Assembly: GCA_963760525.1 (NCBI GenBank)
Contig: CAVXDT010000005.1
Coordinates: forward strand, 23,628-87,627
Length of the DNA: 64,000 nucleotides
Direction of reading: 5' to 3'
Source: Nitrososphaeria archaeon
Lineage (GTDB): Archaea; Thermoproteota; Nitrososphaeria; JACIWG01
Shown: positions 1 to 10,794 of the stretch, in pieces
How positions within the stretch are numbered: the stretch's first letter is position 1
How the letters are laid out: each line of letters begins with the position of its first letter
The notes under the pieces: model-generated
The model's input: only the letters and a program-made list of their open reading frames with translations
What the model was told of the DNA's origin: nothing
The model's database searches: none
Translations under genes and position numbers: made by a program

Positions 1-85
1 CGAAAAACTAAGTTAAACTCTGATTTTAGAGTTTGGCCAAAAGGTTTATGAGCTTCATATTTCATCTTCACTCTAGGAGAAAGTT

Positions 86-436
86 ATGGTTTACTGCACT
101 AAATGCGGTACCAAGAACGAGGATGGTACAGAATTCTGTGTAAAATGTGGTGCTCCACTTTCTCTGACAGCAGCAGGGTATGCGAAAACAGAACAGTATA
201 GGAGGGGCGGTGACTGCTTTGGATCTAGGGAAAGAGGGCCTAGAGAAGAATGCTTTGGTCTACCCCATGGTGGAGCAATCGTCGGCATAATATTCGGGAT
301 CTTCTTGATAATCGCTGGACTGGCAATATACTTAAAGATAGACCTGGGAAACCTCACCGGACCTTTCATCTTGGTCGTCATTGGGGCACTTGTTATCGCA
401 GGAGCAATCTACGGCTATAGCAGAAGCAAAAGATGA
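86..436 (+). CDS. zinc-ribbon membrane protein
   Basis: 116 aa ORF. The N-terminus YCTKCGTKNEDGTEFCVKCG is a double CxxC ribbon. Two C-terminal hydrophobic helices follow (GAIVGIIFGIFLIIAGLAIYL, FILVVIGALVIAGAIYG). An AAAAGGTTTAT BRE/TATA-like box lies about 30 nt upstream. Confidence 0.6.
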   Translation: MVYCTKCGTKNEDGTEFCVKCGAPLSLTAAGYAKTEQYRRGGDCFGSRERGPREECFGLPHGGAIVGIIFGIFLIIAGLAIYLKIDLGNLTGPFILVVIGALVIAGAIYGYSRSKR

Positions 437-463
437 TAACCTGACACATTCCCCCCTTTTTCT

Positions 464-1210
464 TTATGCAATATTACAGTTCTTTATGCCACACCTTGCA
501 CATATCTTCCCATGTTCTAGCTGGGAAAGCTTTGTTCTGGCAAAAATCCAGTAGAATATCAACCCGAAAAGATAAAGTTCAAGAACAAAACTTGCAGTGA
601 TTACATCTACCGCAACGAGCAAAAAGAAGGCTCCTACCACAAACAAGATGTTCAAAAGGAGATGTACTACAACCCCTCCAACGTCACGTATGCTATGCTG
701 AATAAGACCTAAGATAACCCATATGAAACCAGTCCAAAAAAGGAGCTGACTAACTCCTCCAAGATTCAGTTCAAATAGAACATAGATTAGACTTCCTATA
801 ACGGATATTATGGCGCCTGCAATTAAGCCGGTGCAGCCTGCACAGTAGATGTTTTCACCAAAAGAAATCGTGTGGCTTGAAAAGTTCCCGCAGACCGGAT
901 GATGGCCCGCATGTCCTACTATCTGTCGTACTGAACTGGGCTCGCTTGAGCTGTATGAGCTAGGTTTAGATTTTCTTCTCCACCTAATATCGAGCACATT
1001 CAAACATTTTGACGGAGAAGTTCCTGCTATTATGCCTAGAAGACATATCAGTACGAAAACTGATGTGACCATCTGTTTTCGAAAAGGGAAATCCAATGTT
1101 GGCACTTGAGAGTAAATTGTCAGCATCGTAAGTAGGCTTAAGCCTACTAATGACGTGCTAACATAGTAAAATTGCAAAATCCTGCTCGGTGCTATCGAGA
1201 ACATGTTCAA
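464..1210 (-). CDS. polytopic membrane protein with Cys/His-rich loop (DUF2085-like?), coupled to the upstream radical SAM gene
   Basis: 248 aa with about 6 hydrophobic helices. It has a HAGHHPVCGNF...YCAGCTG loop and a C-terminal CARCGIKNC. A TTG start overlaps the radical SAM stop (TTGA); an alternative ATG lies at 1204. Confidence 0.6.
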   Translation of the reverse strand: MNMFSIAPSRILQFYYVSTSLVGLSLLTMLTIYSQVPTLDFPFRKQMVTSVFVLICLLGIIAGTSPSKCLNVLDIRWRRKSKPSSYSSSEPSSVRQIVGHAGHHPVCGNFSSHTISFGENIYCAGCTGLIAGAIISVIGSLIYVLFELNLGGVSQLLFWTGFIWVILGLIQHSIRDVGGVVVHLLLNILFVVGAFFLLVAVDVITASFVLELYLFGLIFYWIFARTKLSQLEHGKICARCGIKNCNIA

Positions 1211-2646
1211 AACAGATTCCGTAGGGTCTGAAGAACACCTTGGCCTGCTAGATATCTGTAGGTTTTCCTCTTAATGGGGGATGAGGAGAAGAGCCCTGTT
1301 ATTCTCCTCCTATAAGATCCATAGAAGCTCCTATAGCAATTGTAGAGTTCTTCCTGAACCTCCTCCTTCGACATATACTCTGTGGGCATGATCGCGTGGA
1401 CCATGTCGTAGTTTCCCCAATTGTTGTCTTCAATCCATCCACTCTGTCTTGCAACATCGTAGAGTTCAGCTCCAGGGAAAGGAGTGAGAACCATAAATAT
1501 CGAAATATCAGGGTCGACGCTATTCACATAATTGCGAAATTCTTGCATTGATTTATGGGAGTCTTTCCTGTTGCCAATTATAAAGGTTGCCTGCGCGAAT
1601 ATACCGTTCTTCTTCAATAGATTCATAGTCTCTTTTCCTTTTAAAGGATCTATGTCTTTATGGAAAGAATCTAGAGTTTCTCTGCTGTGACTTTCCAGAC
1701 CAACCAGCATCCAGAGATTACCCGCTTTACGCATTTTTGGCAATACTTCGCTATTATCTATAATGTCATCGCATCTGGCTTGAAGGAACCACATTATGTC
1801 TTCTCCAATACCTCTACCTATTATCTCATCACATAATTCTCTAGCTTTGCTTCCAAGCCCAAAGTTGTCGTCGGTCAGCCAAAGAAACTCGGTTCCGAAT
1901 TCTCTATGACAGTATTCAAATTCGTCTGCAATACGTTTGGGAGATTTTGATCTCCATGTTCCTCCCCAGAATCTCCGTTGAGAACAGAATGTACATCTGT
2001 GAGGGCATCCTCTTGACGCTTCAATCAATGCATATCTTTTTGCTCCAGCCATCATTGTAAAATGATAGTTCTTCATGTTCTGTTCTACAAGGTGATAGCC
2101 TGGGAGAGGCAGCAGGTCCAAGTTTTCAATAAGAGGACGATCTGGGGTGTGAACAGTCTGTTCCAAATGTCTAAAGGAAAGTCCTTCAACTTCTGATAGC
2201 GACTTCTCTTCTTCCAGAGTTCTTAGGAGCTCAGATAGTGTCTGCTCGCCTTCACCTCTGACTACAATATCGATTTCCGGATACTGTTCAAGGCTCTCCT
2301 GTGCCATAACAGAAAAATGTCTACCTCCGACAACCGTCTTGATTTTGGGGTTCACTTTTTTCGCTACCTCGAGAGTTCTTAGAACAGTATATGTGTCGCA
2401 GGTTGCCAGAGCGCTGGGCGCTACAACATCAGGTTGGAAGGATTCAATGCGCCTTTCAAGCCCGCTCCAGTCTAATCTCTCAGCTTGGCAGTCGAGAACA
2501 GATATCTCCGCATTCTTATTGTGAGCTTCAACATATGATGCCAGCTGAATTATCCCATACGGTGGTGGAAGATACTCGCCCATAACAAACCAAAACTCCT
2601 TAGGCGGTTCAACAAACAAGATTTTCAAATGCGAGCATGCTGACAT
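1207..2646 (-). CDS. B12-binding (class B) radical SAM protein
   Basis: 479 aa. ASRGCPHRCTFCSQ is the CxxxCxxC radical SAM cluster motif. It is preceded by an N-terminal Rossmann-like cobalamin-binding-type domain (KILFVEPP...VVAPSA...VVGGRHFS). Confidence 0.9.
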   Translation of the reverse strand: MSACSHLKILFVEPPKEFWFVMGEYLPPPYGIIQLASYVEAHNKNAEISVLDCQAERLDWSGLERRIESFQPDVVAPSALATCDTYTVLRTLEVAKKVNPKIKTVVGGRHFSVMAQESLEQYPEIDIVVRGEGEQTLSELLRTLEEEKSLSEVEGLSFRHLEQTVHTPDRPLIENLDLLPLPGYHLVEQNMKNYHFTMMAGAKRYALIEASRGCPHRCTFCSQRRFWGGTWRSKSPKRIADEFEYCHREFGTEFLWLTDDNFGLGSKARELCDEIIGRGIGEDIMWFLQARCDDIIDNSEVLPKMRKAGNLWMLVGLESHSRETLDSFHKDIDPLKGKETMNLLKKNGIFAQATFIIGNRKDSHKSMQEFRNYVNSVDPDISIFMVLTPFPGAELYDVARQSGWIEDNNWGNYDMVHAIMPTEYMSKEEVQEELYNCYRSFYGSYRRRITGLFSSSPIKRKTYRYLAGQGVLQTLRNLF

Positions 2647-2796
2647 TTGCAGCAGAGGATAAAACTCTTTTGTCTAAGAAAAGCGTTTTAAACAAAATTA
2701 TCCATGACTTGACTAATGGTTCTTCTAAAGCAGTTATTACTATGCAGTGGATTGCTTTATAGAAATACTTATTAGACATGATACGGAAATTCTTTC

Positions 2797-3331
2797 GTGC
2801 CTACAAAACCGATATGGGTAATGCGAGACTATCCGAGATGTACGGGTTGTCGAAGATGCGAAATTGCATGTACTTTATACCATGAAAAAAAGATTTGGCC
2901 CGAAGCTTCAATGGTACGCGTCTTTATGTTAGCCCCAGGTTTGGAATTACCACACCTCTGTACACAGTGCGATGATTACCCATGCGTCAAGTCTTGCCCG
3001 ACAAAACCAAAGGCTCTGACAGTTGACGAATTGACTGGGGCAGTCATCGTGAATAGACAACTTTGCATTAGCTGCAAGAAATGTATCAGTGCTTGTCCTG
3101 GGCATATTCCATTCTTGCATCCAAAAGATAAGAAATCAACGATTTGCGATTTATGTAATGGCGATCCGCAATGCATTAAGGTTTGCCAAGAAGCTGGATT
3201 TAACTGCCTTAGTGCAGCGTCCATATCCAAAAGCCGAAGCGAAATTATTTCATAGGGTTTATGCTAAGACTCCTAAAGTAATAACGGAAGGTCTCTCCGA
3301 ATTGATCTTCGGAGAGAAAGTGGAGGTGTAG
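2797..3331 (+). pseudogene. 4Fe-4S dicluster ferredoxin-type protein (AOR-associated), C-terminal frameshift
   Basis: Four Cys clusters (CTGCRRCEIAC, CTQCDDYPCVKSCP, CISCKKCISACP, CDLCNGDPQCIKVC). After about 3200 the protein-like reading continues in the +1 frame (ALVQRPYPKAEAKLFHRVYAKTP...GEKVEV) and ends 4 nt before the AOR ATG. Confidence 0.75.
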
Positions 3332-3335
3332 AAAA

Positions 3336-5210
3336 ATGAGAGGATATGCAGGCAAGTTTGCTGAAATAGATTTGAGCAGTGGGAAAATTCAGGAAGTTGA
3401 AGTTTGATGATACGACCTTCCGAGAAAATATATAGGCGGAAGAGGGTTATCAGCAAGAATCCTATGGGATAGGTTGGGAGAGAAATGGGATACAATTGAC
3501 CCATCTTGGTCCAGAGAATATACTGATACTCTCAGCAGGCCCTATGACTGGATATTATCCGGGTGGACGAATCTGTGTTTCAGGGAAATCTCCGCAGAGC
3601 AATGGTATAGTTGGTAGCACGGTGGCAGGAGAATTCGCAGTTGATCTTAGATGTGCTGGTTGGGATGGCCTAGTCATATTAGGTAAGGCTCAAAAGCCCT
3701 CTATATTCTTGTGAAAGATTCCTCAATTGAAATAAGAGAACGCGAGCCATGTCTGGGGTAAAGATAGCAAACAAGTCGTCATTAACCCTATCAAAGGAGG
3801 TGAGAGAATGAATGGAACAAGAAGTATCCTGAACGTGAATGGAAAGAGCCTTCGATGGTGTACATTGGTCCAGCAGGAGAGAACAAAACTAGAGTCGCAG
3901 CAGTGGAAGTCAAAGTGGGCTCATGGTGCAGGATACGGAGGATACGGTGCTGTAATGGGATCAAAGAACCTGGTCGCTGTACTTGCAAGAGGAACTGGGC
4001 CTCTGCCTGATGTCTATGATCAACATGAAAGAAGTTCTGAAACTTATTGACGAAACTGTTCAAGAAGTGTTATAAATAACGATTCTATTAGAAGATGGGG
4101 TACAGGCAATCTAGGGTTCTTCTGTTGGAACATAACGAGTTCTGAACCCATAAGGAACTGGCAGGATGAATGGCACGATGAAAGATCCTATGGTGTTGAC
4201 CAGTTTGAAAGCAGGGTTTGGGTGAAAAGATATTGGGCTGACTTCGGTTGTCCAACATGCATGTGAAAAACTTTCGGTTGTTAGAACTGGGGAGTACAAA
4301 GGTGCGATAACAGACAATCCTGATTATGAGACACAAGCATACTGTGGACCGAACGTTAGGTATCTATACACCTGAAGCGGACGTATACTTAATTCTTGAT
4401 AGAAGATCTTGGGTTTCTGTGGAATACAAGGTGGTAACGTTATAGGTTTTGCAGGTGAACTATACCAACGCGGCATACTGACCAAGGAGGAATTGGGTGG
4501 TATTAGACCTTAAATGGGGAGACGTTAAGGAGTTTGCAAAGGTTGCTGAAATGATAGCTTACCGAAAAGGCGTCGGTGATATACTTGCAGAAGGAACCTA
4601 TCGTGCAGCGTTGAAGTTGGGAAAGATGAAGGGACAGGATCTACTCAAATATGCAGTGCAATGTAAAGGTATTTCATTGGCGCACATGGGATCAGAAGCG
4701 GACAGGACTTTCGTGCCTATCATGGGGTATCCTTGTGGTGCTCAAGGAGGAGACCATACATCTCCAGCATATCTACCGTAACCCATGGCAGCAGTGAACA
4801 TACTGTGATTCTACAGGATTCAGGCGTATACTGCATGTTCAACGCAGGTAAAGTGACACCAAAGTTCCAGATCGATTTTCTGAATGCTGTCACAGGATTC
4901 AATATTACATTTGATGAATGGTACAAAGAGAATGCGAAGAGAATTATTCAGATTCAGAGAGCTGCACTACTTATTAGGAGGTCCAGACGCTAAATGGGCT
5001 GGAATAGATGAAAACCCGCCAAGGTTCTATGAACCTCTGCCTTCAGGTCCATACAAAGGAAAAACTACAAACATCAAGGAAGTAGGCAGGATGAATCATG
5101 ATTACTACAAAGAGCTGGGTTGGGATGAAAAGGGAATACCCAAATCTGACACTCTGAAAAAACTGGGATTGGAGAAATTGGACAAAATCTTGAAGAACAA
5201 GCTCACCTAA
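3336..5210 (+). pseudogene. aor: aldehyde:ferredoxin oxidoreductase (tungsten AOR family), split into at least 5 frame segments
   Basis: AOR-like segments occur in different frames. They are MRGYAGKFAEIDLSSGKI, KYIGGRGLSARILWD, LGPENILILSAGPMTGYYPGG, GPAGENKTRVAAV, AGYGGYGAVMGSKNLVAV, ILAEGTYRAALKLG and DENPPRFYEPLPSGPYKGK...YYKELGWDEKGIP. The first two breaks are at GTTTGAT and GAGAAAATAT. Confidence 0.85.
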
Positions 5211-5408
5211 TCTTCTCTCGTATAGCGAAATCTACAACATCAAACACTCCTTTTATTTTATTATATAAGAGACAAATGGCAAAAAAAGAGAAGGATGAGT
5301 TAGTATGCTTCCATAGTCAAGTGCCAGAGTGATAATAGGGAATCATGTGTCAAAACTATTTATACATTGAAAATTCGACCTATCAAACTACATAAGCATG
5401 AGTGTCCG

Positions 5409-6545
5409 ATGCAAATGAAAAAAGATAGAGCATTAATTTTCAATGAAGATTCAAAACCATACATCATCGCTTTTTTATCGGGAATTGGGATAATAGTGGG
5501 TTCCATATATCTTCCTCTCTATGCTCATGAGCTGGGCGCGGACGAGATAATGATAGGATTAATAGTTGGAGCCCACAGTATTACATATATATTTATGCCT
5601 TTTCTGATTGGGCGTTTTTCAGACAAGATCAGTAGTAAGAGGACGCTTATTTATGGCACAATTATCCTAGGCTCACTCTACGCAATTTACTCAATGATTT
5701 CCAGTCCCATCTTCCTTATTCCATTGAAGGCTCTTGAAGGTCTAGGTTGGTCATTTATCTGGCCCTCCCTTCAGTCCTATTTTGGAGGCTTTCAAAAGAA
5801 GTTAAAAGTCTATAATTTAATGTGGAGCTCCGGAGTTGTGATTGGGCCTTATGCAGGAGCTGTGATTGTGCAGGACTATAACTTCCAATATGTCTTCGCA
5901 TTGGTGGCAATTCTTTTTGCAATCTCCTCGATTCTAGGAGTTCTTTTGCATCCCAACATAAAAAATGAAGGCAAAGTTGAAAATAGTCCTTCAGAAGATA
6001 GTGTGAAATTCAATTTGATGGAACTTCCGCTATTCCTATTTCCTGTCATGTACGGATTTGCTCTGACTCTTATCTTTACATTCTTTCCAATATACGCTGT
6101 CATAAGAGGAATCACAGTTATCGAGATGGGATACATATTGGTATTGTCCAATATTGGAAGAGTGCTCGCATTTATTATTCCAGGCGACTTTCAAAACGTA
6201 TTCGGTAGTCAGAGAAGGCTTCTACTTCTAGTGTTTGCAGTAGGCATTATTCCAACTCTTATTGTATTTTACGATCAAGTCATTGTACTATATTTTGACC
6301 TCTTCTTTTACGGTATAGTCTCCGGACTATTGTTCACTTCAATGCAATATAAGATATTACACCTTAGTGAAGAAAGAAGAGGATTCTACGCTGGACTGCT
6401 TGAATCAACTATGGGAGTAGGATCATTAGTAGCTCCGTTCTTAGGAGGGATTGTAGCTTCTGTTAATTCTAGCTATGTTTTTCTTCTGCCGATGTCTGTT
6501 GCTTTAGTTGTGATCGGAGGCAACATCGTAGGTCATCGGAATTAG
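5409..6545 (+). CDS. MFS transporter
   Basis: About 12 predicted TM helices and an MFS-like loop GRFSDKISSKRTL after TM2. The ATG at 5409 is preferred over the TTG at 5367. Confidence 0.8.
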   Translation: MQMKKDRALIFNEDSKPYIIAFLSGIGIIVGSIYLPLYAHELGADEIMIGLIVGAHSITYIFMPFLIGRFSDKISSKRTLIYGTIILGSLYAIYSMISSPIFLIPLKALEGLGWSFIWPSLQSYFGGFQKKLKVYNLMWSSGVVIGPYAGAVIVQDYNFQYVFALVAILFAISSILGVLLHPNIKNEGKVENSPSEDSVKFNLMELPLFLFPVMYGFALTLIFTFFPIYAVIRGITVIEMGYILVLSNIGRVLAFIIPGDFQNVFGSQRRLLLLVFAVGIIPTLIVFYDQVIVLYFDLFFYGIVSGLLFTSMQYKILHLSEERRGFYAGLLESTMGVGSLVAPFLGGIVASVNSSYVFLLPMSVALVVIGGNIVGHRN

Positions 6546-6682
6546 AAAGGACTTTATTGATGAATATCATTCTCTTTTTACTTTACAGTACGTCGGTTAA
6601 ACTTTTTTATGAGTATCTGGTTTGGGAATTCTTGTAACGTTTCAGGCAAGAGCCTTCTTTATGTAAATTCTCATGTGAATAC

Positions 6683-7681
6683 TTATGTAAAGTAGGGGCC
6701 TCTTGATGGTGCTGTTTGGTCTATCCGTACCAAGTCTACCTTACTGAGTGCAATTCCAGTTACAGCGAAGTTATCTTCTAACTGTTGCAGACTGGATGCT
6801 CCAACAATGGGCGCTGTTATAGCTGGATTGTTTAGGATCCATGCGAGCGCCAGTTGTGTCATGCTTTTGCCAAGTTCTTTAGATAGATTTTCCAGGTTTT
6901 CTAAAGTCTTCAAATTATATGAATCCTCCCAATGGAAAGCATTGAGTTTTATCCATCGTAGATTTGTTTCTCCCCTGCTGCCTGCGGGTGGAGGGCTTCC
7001 CGCTCTGTACTTGCCTGTTAGAACCCCACCAGCTAACGGGCTGTATGAGACAATGCCTAAACCTTGGTCAGCGCATAATGGGATAATCTCACGTTCAATT
7101 TCTCTGTTAAGGATATTATAAGGTGGCTGTATGACGGTAAAACTTTCTAGATCGTGGACATCGCTTGTCCAAAGAGATTTGCATATAAGCCATGCTGGAA
7201 AGTTGGAGCAGCCTATGTAATGAACCTTACCCCATCGGACAAGGTCGGTGAGAGCGCCCAATGTCTCAGTCAAAGGGACAGGTTCTCCGGAGTAACCTGT
7301 AGTGAGTTCAGCATTACTGGGTCTATGGACATATAGGATGTCTATGTAATCGGTTCCGAGTCGTTTGAGGCTTTCGTTGACTGCGTGCAGTATGTGTTTA
7401 CGGCTTAGACCTTCGTCGTTTGGACCAGAGCCCATTCTGTGACGAACCTTTGTAGCTATTACGAGGTCGTCTCTCATTCCTTTGATGGCTTTCCCGACGA
7501 TTTCCTCAGATTTTCCTTTAACGTAGACGTTCGCCGTATCAATGAAGTTGACTCCCAGTTCTATGGCACGCTTGATTATGTTGATAGATGTGTTCTCGTC
7601 GACCTTTGAGCCGAATTCCATTGTCCCAAGACAGATTTCAGATACTTTTACCCCATATTTTCCAAGACGCTTATAATCCAA
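6683..7681 (-). CDS. aldo/keto reductase family oxidoreductase
   Basis: 332 aa. Motifs: LGKYGVKVSEICLGTMEFG, INFIDTANVY, YIDILYVHRP, YSPLAGGVLTGKY. Confidence 0.9.
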   Translation of the reverse strand: MDYKRLGKYGVKVSEICLGTMEFGSKVDENTSINIIKRAIELGVNFIDTANVYVKGKSEEIVGKAIKGMRDDLVIATKVRHRMGSGPNDEGLSRKHILHAVNESLKRLGTDYIDILYVHRPSNAELTTGYSGEPVPLTETLGALTDLVRWGKVHYIGCSNFPAWLICKSLWTSDVHDLESFTVIQPPYNILNREIEREIIPLCADQGLGIVSYSPLAGGVLTGKYRAGSPPPAGSRGETNLRWIKLNAFHWEDSYNLKTLENLENLSKELGKSMTQLALAWILNNPAITAPIVGASSLQQLEDNFAVTGIALSKVDLVRIDQTAPSRGPYFT

Positions 7682-8306
7682 CTCTTTTCACCTATGTATA
7701 TTTACGCCTCTGATTAGAGTTCCGGACTTTATTAAGTATTACCTGCAAAGAATTATCATGAATCAAATCACTGTTCCAGAAACTTTGATGCAACGATTGC
7801 TTTAGCAATGGTAACCTACGCTTTGGAAGAGAAGTCAAAGTTCAAAAGGAATCCAAGCCTAAGAAGCATAAGTTCATGGTGTTCAGAGTTTTCCATTTTT
7901 TGTTCAAAATGTTCAAGTGTGAAAGTCTAAAAATAGAAGGATATGATAATTGACGCATGTAACACGGCTAAATGTACCGGTAAAGTCTTATGGTCAAACT
8001 GTCTATTTTTGGCTTTTTAAGCACAATAGTGCAGTTTGCATTTGAACAGTTAGTAAAAAGTGTGAACTTGTTACTAGTTAATAATTCGCTTCTTTCCAGT
8101 TTTTCTCGCACTTGGGATAAAGTAGTAATCATAAACTTCTCCAGAAATTGGGTTAAAGATAGCTTGTTCGGTAATGGCTCTTTAGGGCTTAGTAGACTAT
8201 AAAGACATGATAAGCGATGATAAGAGTAAGGCCTCATAACGGCTGGAAACAAAGCAAAATCAAAAAAGCTAATTAGTCAGTTAAAAGGAGTTGCAAGCAG
8301 GCGAAA

Positions 8307-8723
8307 ATGATTAGCAAAATCTTAGTCCCTGTTGACGGATCTGAGTCTTCAGAAAGAGCATTGGACTATGCTCTTGATATTGCTGTAAAATATGAAGCTG
8401 AACTTTATATATTGACTGTTGTTGAATACGCTAATCTCCCCGCGGAGGTCATTGTCGCTTACATGAATGCAACTGACAAATATCATAGAGAGACACTGTC
8501 AAAAGCTGTAGAAAAAGCTGAAAAGGTATTACCCCACCGTATTACGGGAAAACTCGTTGAAGGTTATCCCTCTGATAGGATAATTGATGAAGCGAAGAAA
8601 GGTGGCTGTGACTTGATAGTGATGGGTAGGAGAGGGCGAGGACATCTGACTCACACACTCCTTGGCAGTGTCAGCGATAGGGTCGCGGACAGTGCTCCAT
8701 GCCCTCTACTTATAATAAAATAA
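8307..8723 (+). CDS. universal stress protein (UspA family)
   Basis: 138 aa. ILVPVDGSESSERAL at the N-terminus and DLIVMGRRGRG...LGSVSDRV at the C-terminus. Confidence 0.9.
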   Translation: MISKILVPVDGSESSERALDYALDIAVKYEAELYILTVVEYANLPAEVIVAYMNATDKYHRETLSKAVEKAEKVLPHRITGKLVEGYPSDRIIDEAKKGGCDLIVMGRRGRGHLTHTLLGSVSDRVADSAPCPLLIIK

Positions 8724-8930
8724 GATTGATGAATAATCTGGAAACCAAGAAAAGAAAGAAAGGTTAATCAGTCTCGATGGTTTGAATTTCTTTAAATAAG
8801 AGTCTGCGCGTAAGACATTTAATGACTAGCGAAATCGATGAAGGGTTTATTGAGAGCAATCGTAAGATTCTTAAGGACACACTTGACCGTCTGGAAGACC
8901 AGTACCAGTATGAAGTATTTTTGTAACTGC

Positions 8931-9403
8931 AACAAAGCAGGTCATCAACCTGGCCACAGACGACGAACCGAACATTAGAAATAATAACGCTACAGTAAGC
9001 TTAGACGCTGATGCAGACGTAGATTCGTTCGATGATGTTATAGCTGCAAAAAATATTGCTACTACAGGTGGGGGCTTGACGAGCTCGATATGGAAGGAAT
9101 AGACATATCAAATTCAAGCTGGGATTGGTTCAGGGATTATGCTCTTCATCCTCAGCCTGGTAATATTGCTCCACCTTATACTCCTGGATGGATAGAGATT
9201 GTAGCAAACGCCACAGCGTTCTCTAACGTAGTTGCTTCGAAGTTCGCAAGGATAGTGACGACAACACAACGACACGAACTTTCAGCGTAGGCGGTGAACT
9301 GGCTGCTCCAAGCGCGTTCACAGTACTCGCATCTTGGGTGAGTATTGCCACTGTTCTAGCTTCAACTGCGATCATCGTATATAAAATTAGGCGCAAAGCC
9401 TAA
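8931..9403 (+). pseudogene. degraded secreted protein ending in a VGGEL-TM-KIRRKA tail
   Basis: Protein-like reading switches between three frames. The last frame ends FSVGGELAAPSAFTVLASWVSIATVLASTAIIVYKIRRKA-stop, with VGGEL at 9287-9301. Confidence 0.5.
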
Positions 9404-9515
9404 TTCCATCCTTTATTTTTTTCCGCGCAAGAATCATATACTAATTTTGACTTTTCAATATCCATACTTCTATTTTTGCACTCACTGTTTTCTCATGTCT
9501 CATGTAAATGTGCGA

Positions 9516-10684
9516 TTATTCAACGCGTATCATACGTTCGGTTTTGTAGTCAGTTATAACCTTTAGAGTGCGTGCTCGAAGGGCATCATCTAAGTTTTGG
9601 TCACCGGTGTCAACTCTTAGGCTTTTCAAGCTTCTTAATTTGCCTTCCGTGGCAATCACGATTATGTTATCTAGACCTACCTGTCGAATTACTTTTGGAC
9701 TTATCTGTTGGTTTCCCCTTCCAAATATGAAGCCTTGACCGCCAATCGGAGTGATAATAATCTGTGCTGTTTTTCCCTTAATTAATGATAATATTTGTTT
9801 CTCGTTTACGTCGCTTGCCATATCTTTCTGTTGCAGAAAACATCTACTCCTAAGAGAGTTTTCTTAGCGTCCAAAAGGTCTCCGATGGTGCGCGTTGTTG
9901 TTCCTGGGCCAATGATGTAAATCACATCTGGTTTCATTGTTTCAATAATGTATATTGCTATGGCGGCTTGATTACGCAGTTCGCTTTCGGTTATAGGACT
10001 CTCCATCTTGATTCCTTGAATCAGGTATGGTTCATAGGGAGTTAATAGGTAGCCTATGAGTCTTGCAGACACCCGCCCCTTCCTAAAAGCGTTTTCATCG
10101 ACATCCATTACCTCTGTCTCCCTCAGTGGTAGCTCTCCCCACAGAAAACCTGTAGCTATCTTCGCAGCAGCTTTGGGTTCCACCGCAAAAACAGAACTGT
10201 ACATCTTTACACCTGTTGGAACACCTAGTACAGGAATGTCGATGTGGACTGCTTCCAGTATGTCTCGAGCTGTGCCATCTCCGCCACAGAATATAAGAAG
10301 ATCGACCTTTGCATCGGCTATTTTCCTTGCGATTTCCCTTGTATCTTCAGCGGTGGTTTTCTTCTTTTTCTCTCCGAAAACCGTACAAGCGAAACCACAG
10401 TTCAGAGCTGCCTCTTCACCCATGTTTCCAGCGCCTACAACAAGCCGTATCTTTTTGTCGATGAATTTTAATTCGGAGAGAAAAGATTCAGCCCTCATAG
10501 GTGCTATGGGTTTTGCGCCGAGGGACATGGCTTTTTTCAGAACTTCCACGCCGTCAGTGCCTTTAAGTCCGACGGTTCCACCCATTCCAGCAACGGGGTT
10601 AACGATCAAACCAAGAGTTTTTACAGAATCTTCATCTCCTGCTGTTTCACTCAAAGTCCGTTCATCCTCCAATTCTCTGTACAT
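9516..10684 (-). CDS. ATP-NAD kinase family protein (COG3199-like), one frameshift near 9835
   Basis: The two ORFs 9806-10684 and 9516-9821 are contiguous parts of one family. Motifs: GLIVNPVAGMGG, LIFCGGDGT, GVPTGVKMYS, then ITPIGGQGFIFGRGNQQIS. The break is at a GTTTTC T-run. Confidence 0.8.
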
Positions 10685-10794
10685 CAGAGCAGGCAGTAAT
10701 TTAGGACAGAAAGCAAATAAAACAAGGGGATGTTATCCCTGAAGCCTCTTGTTACGTTGTATCACATGGTTAAGGTTTTCTTGCAGAGGGCGTT

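Noticed and set aside
10056-10742. 228-aa plus-strand ORF opposite the NAD-kinase-like gene; similar long antisense ORFs at 55113-55631, 35618-36019, 23071-23532 and 32541-32939
   Set aside because: The opposite strand carries clear family motifs in each case. The antisense products are low-complexity (Ser/Pro/Ala-rich) with no recognisable motifs.
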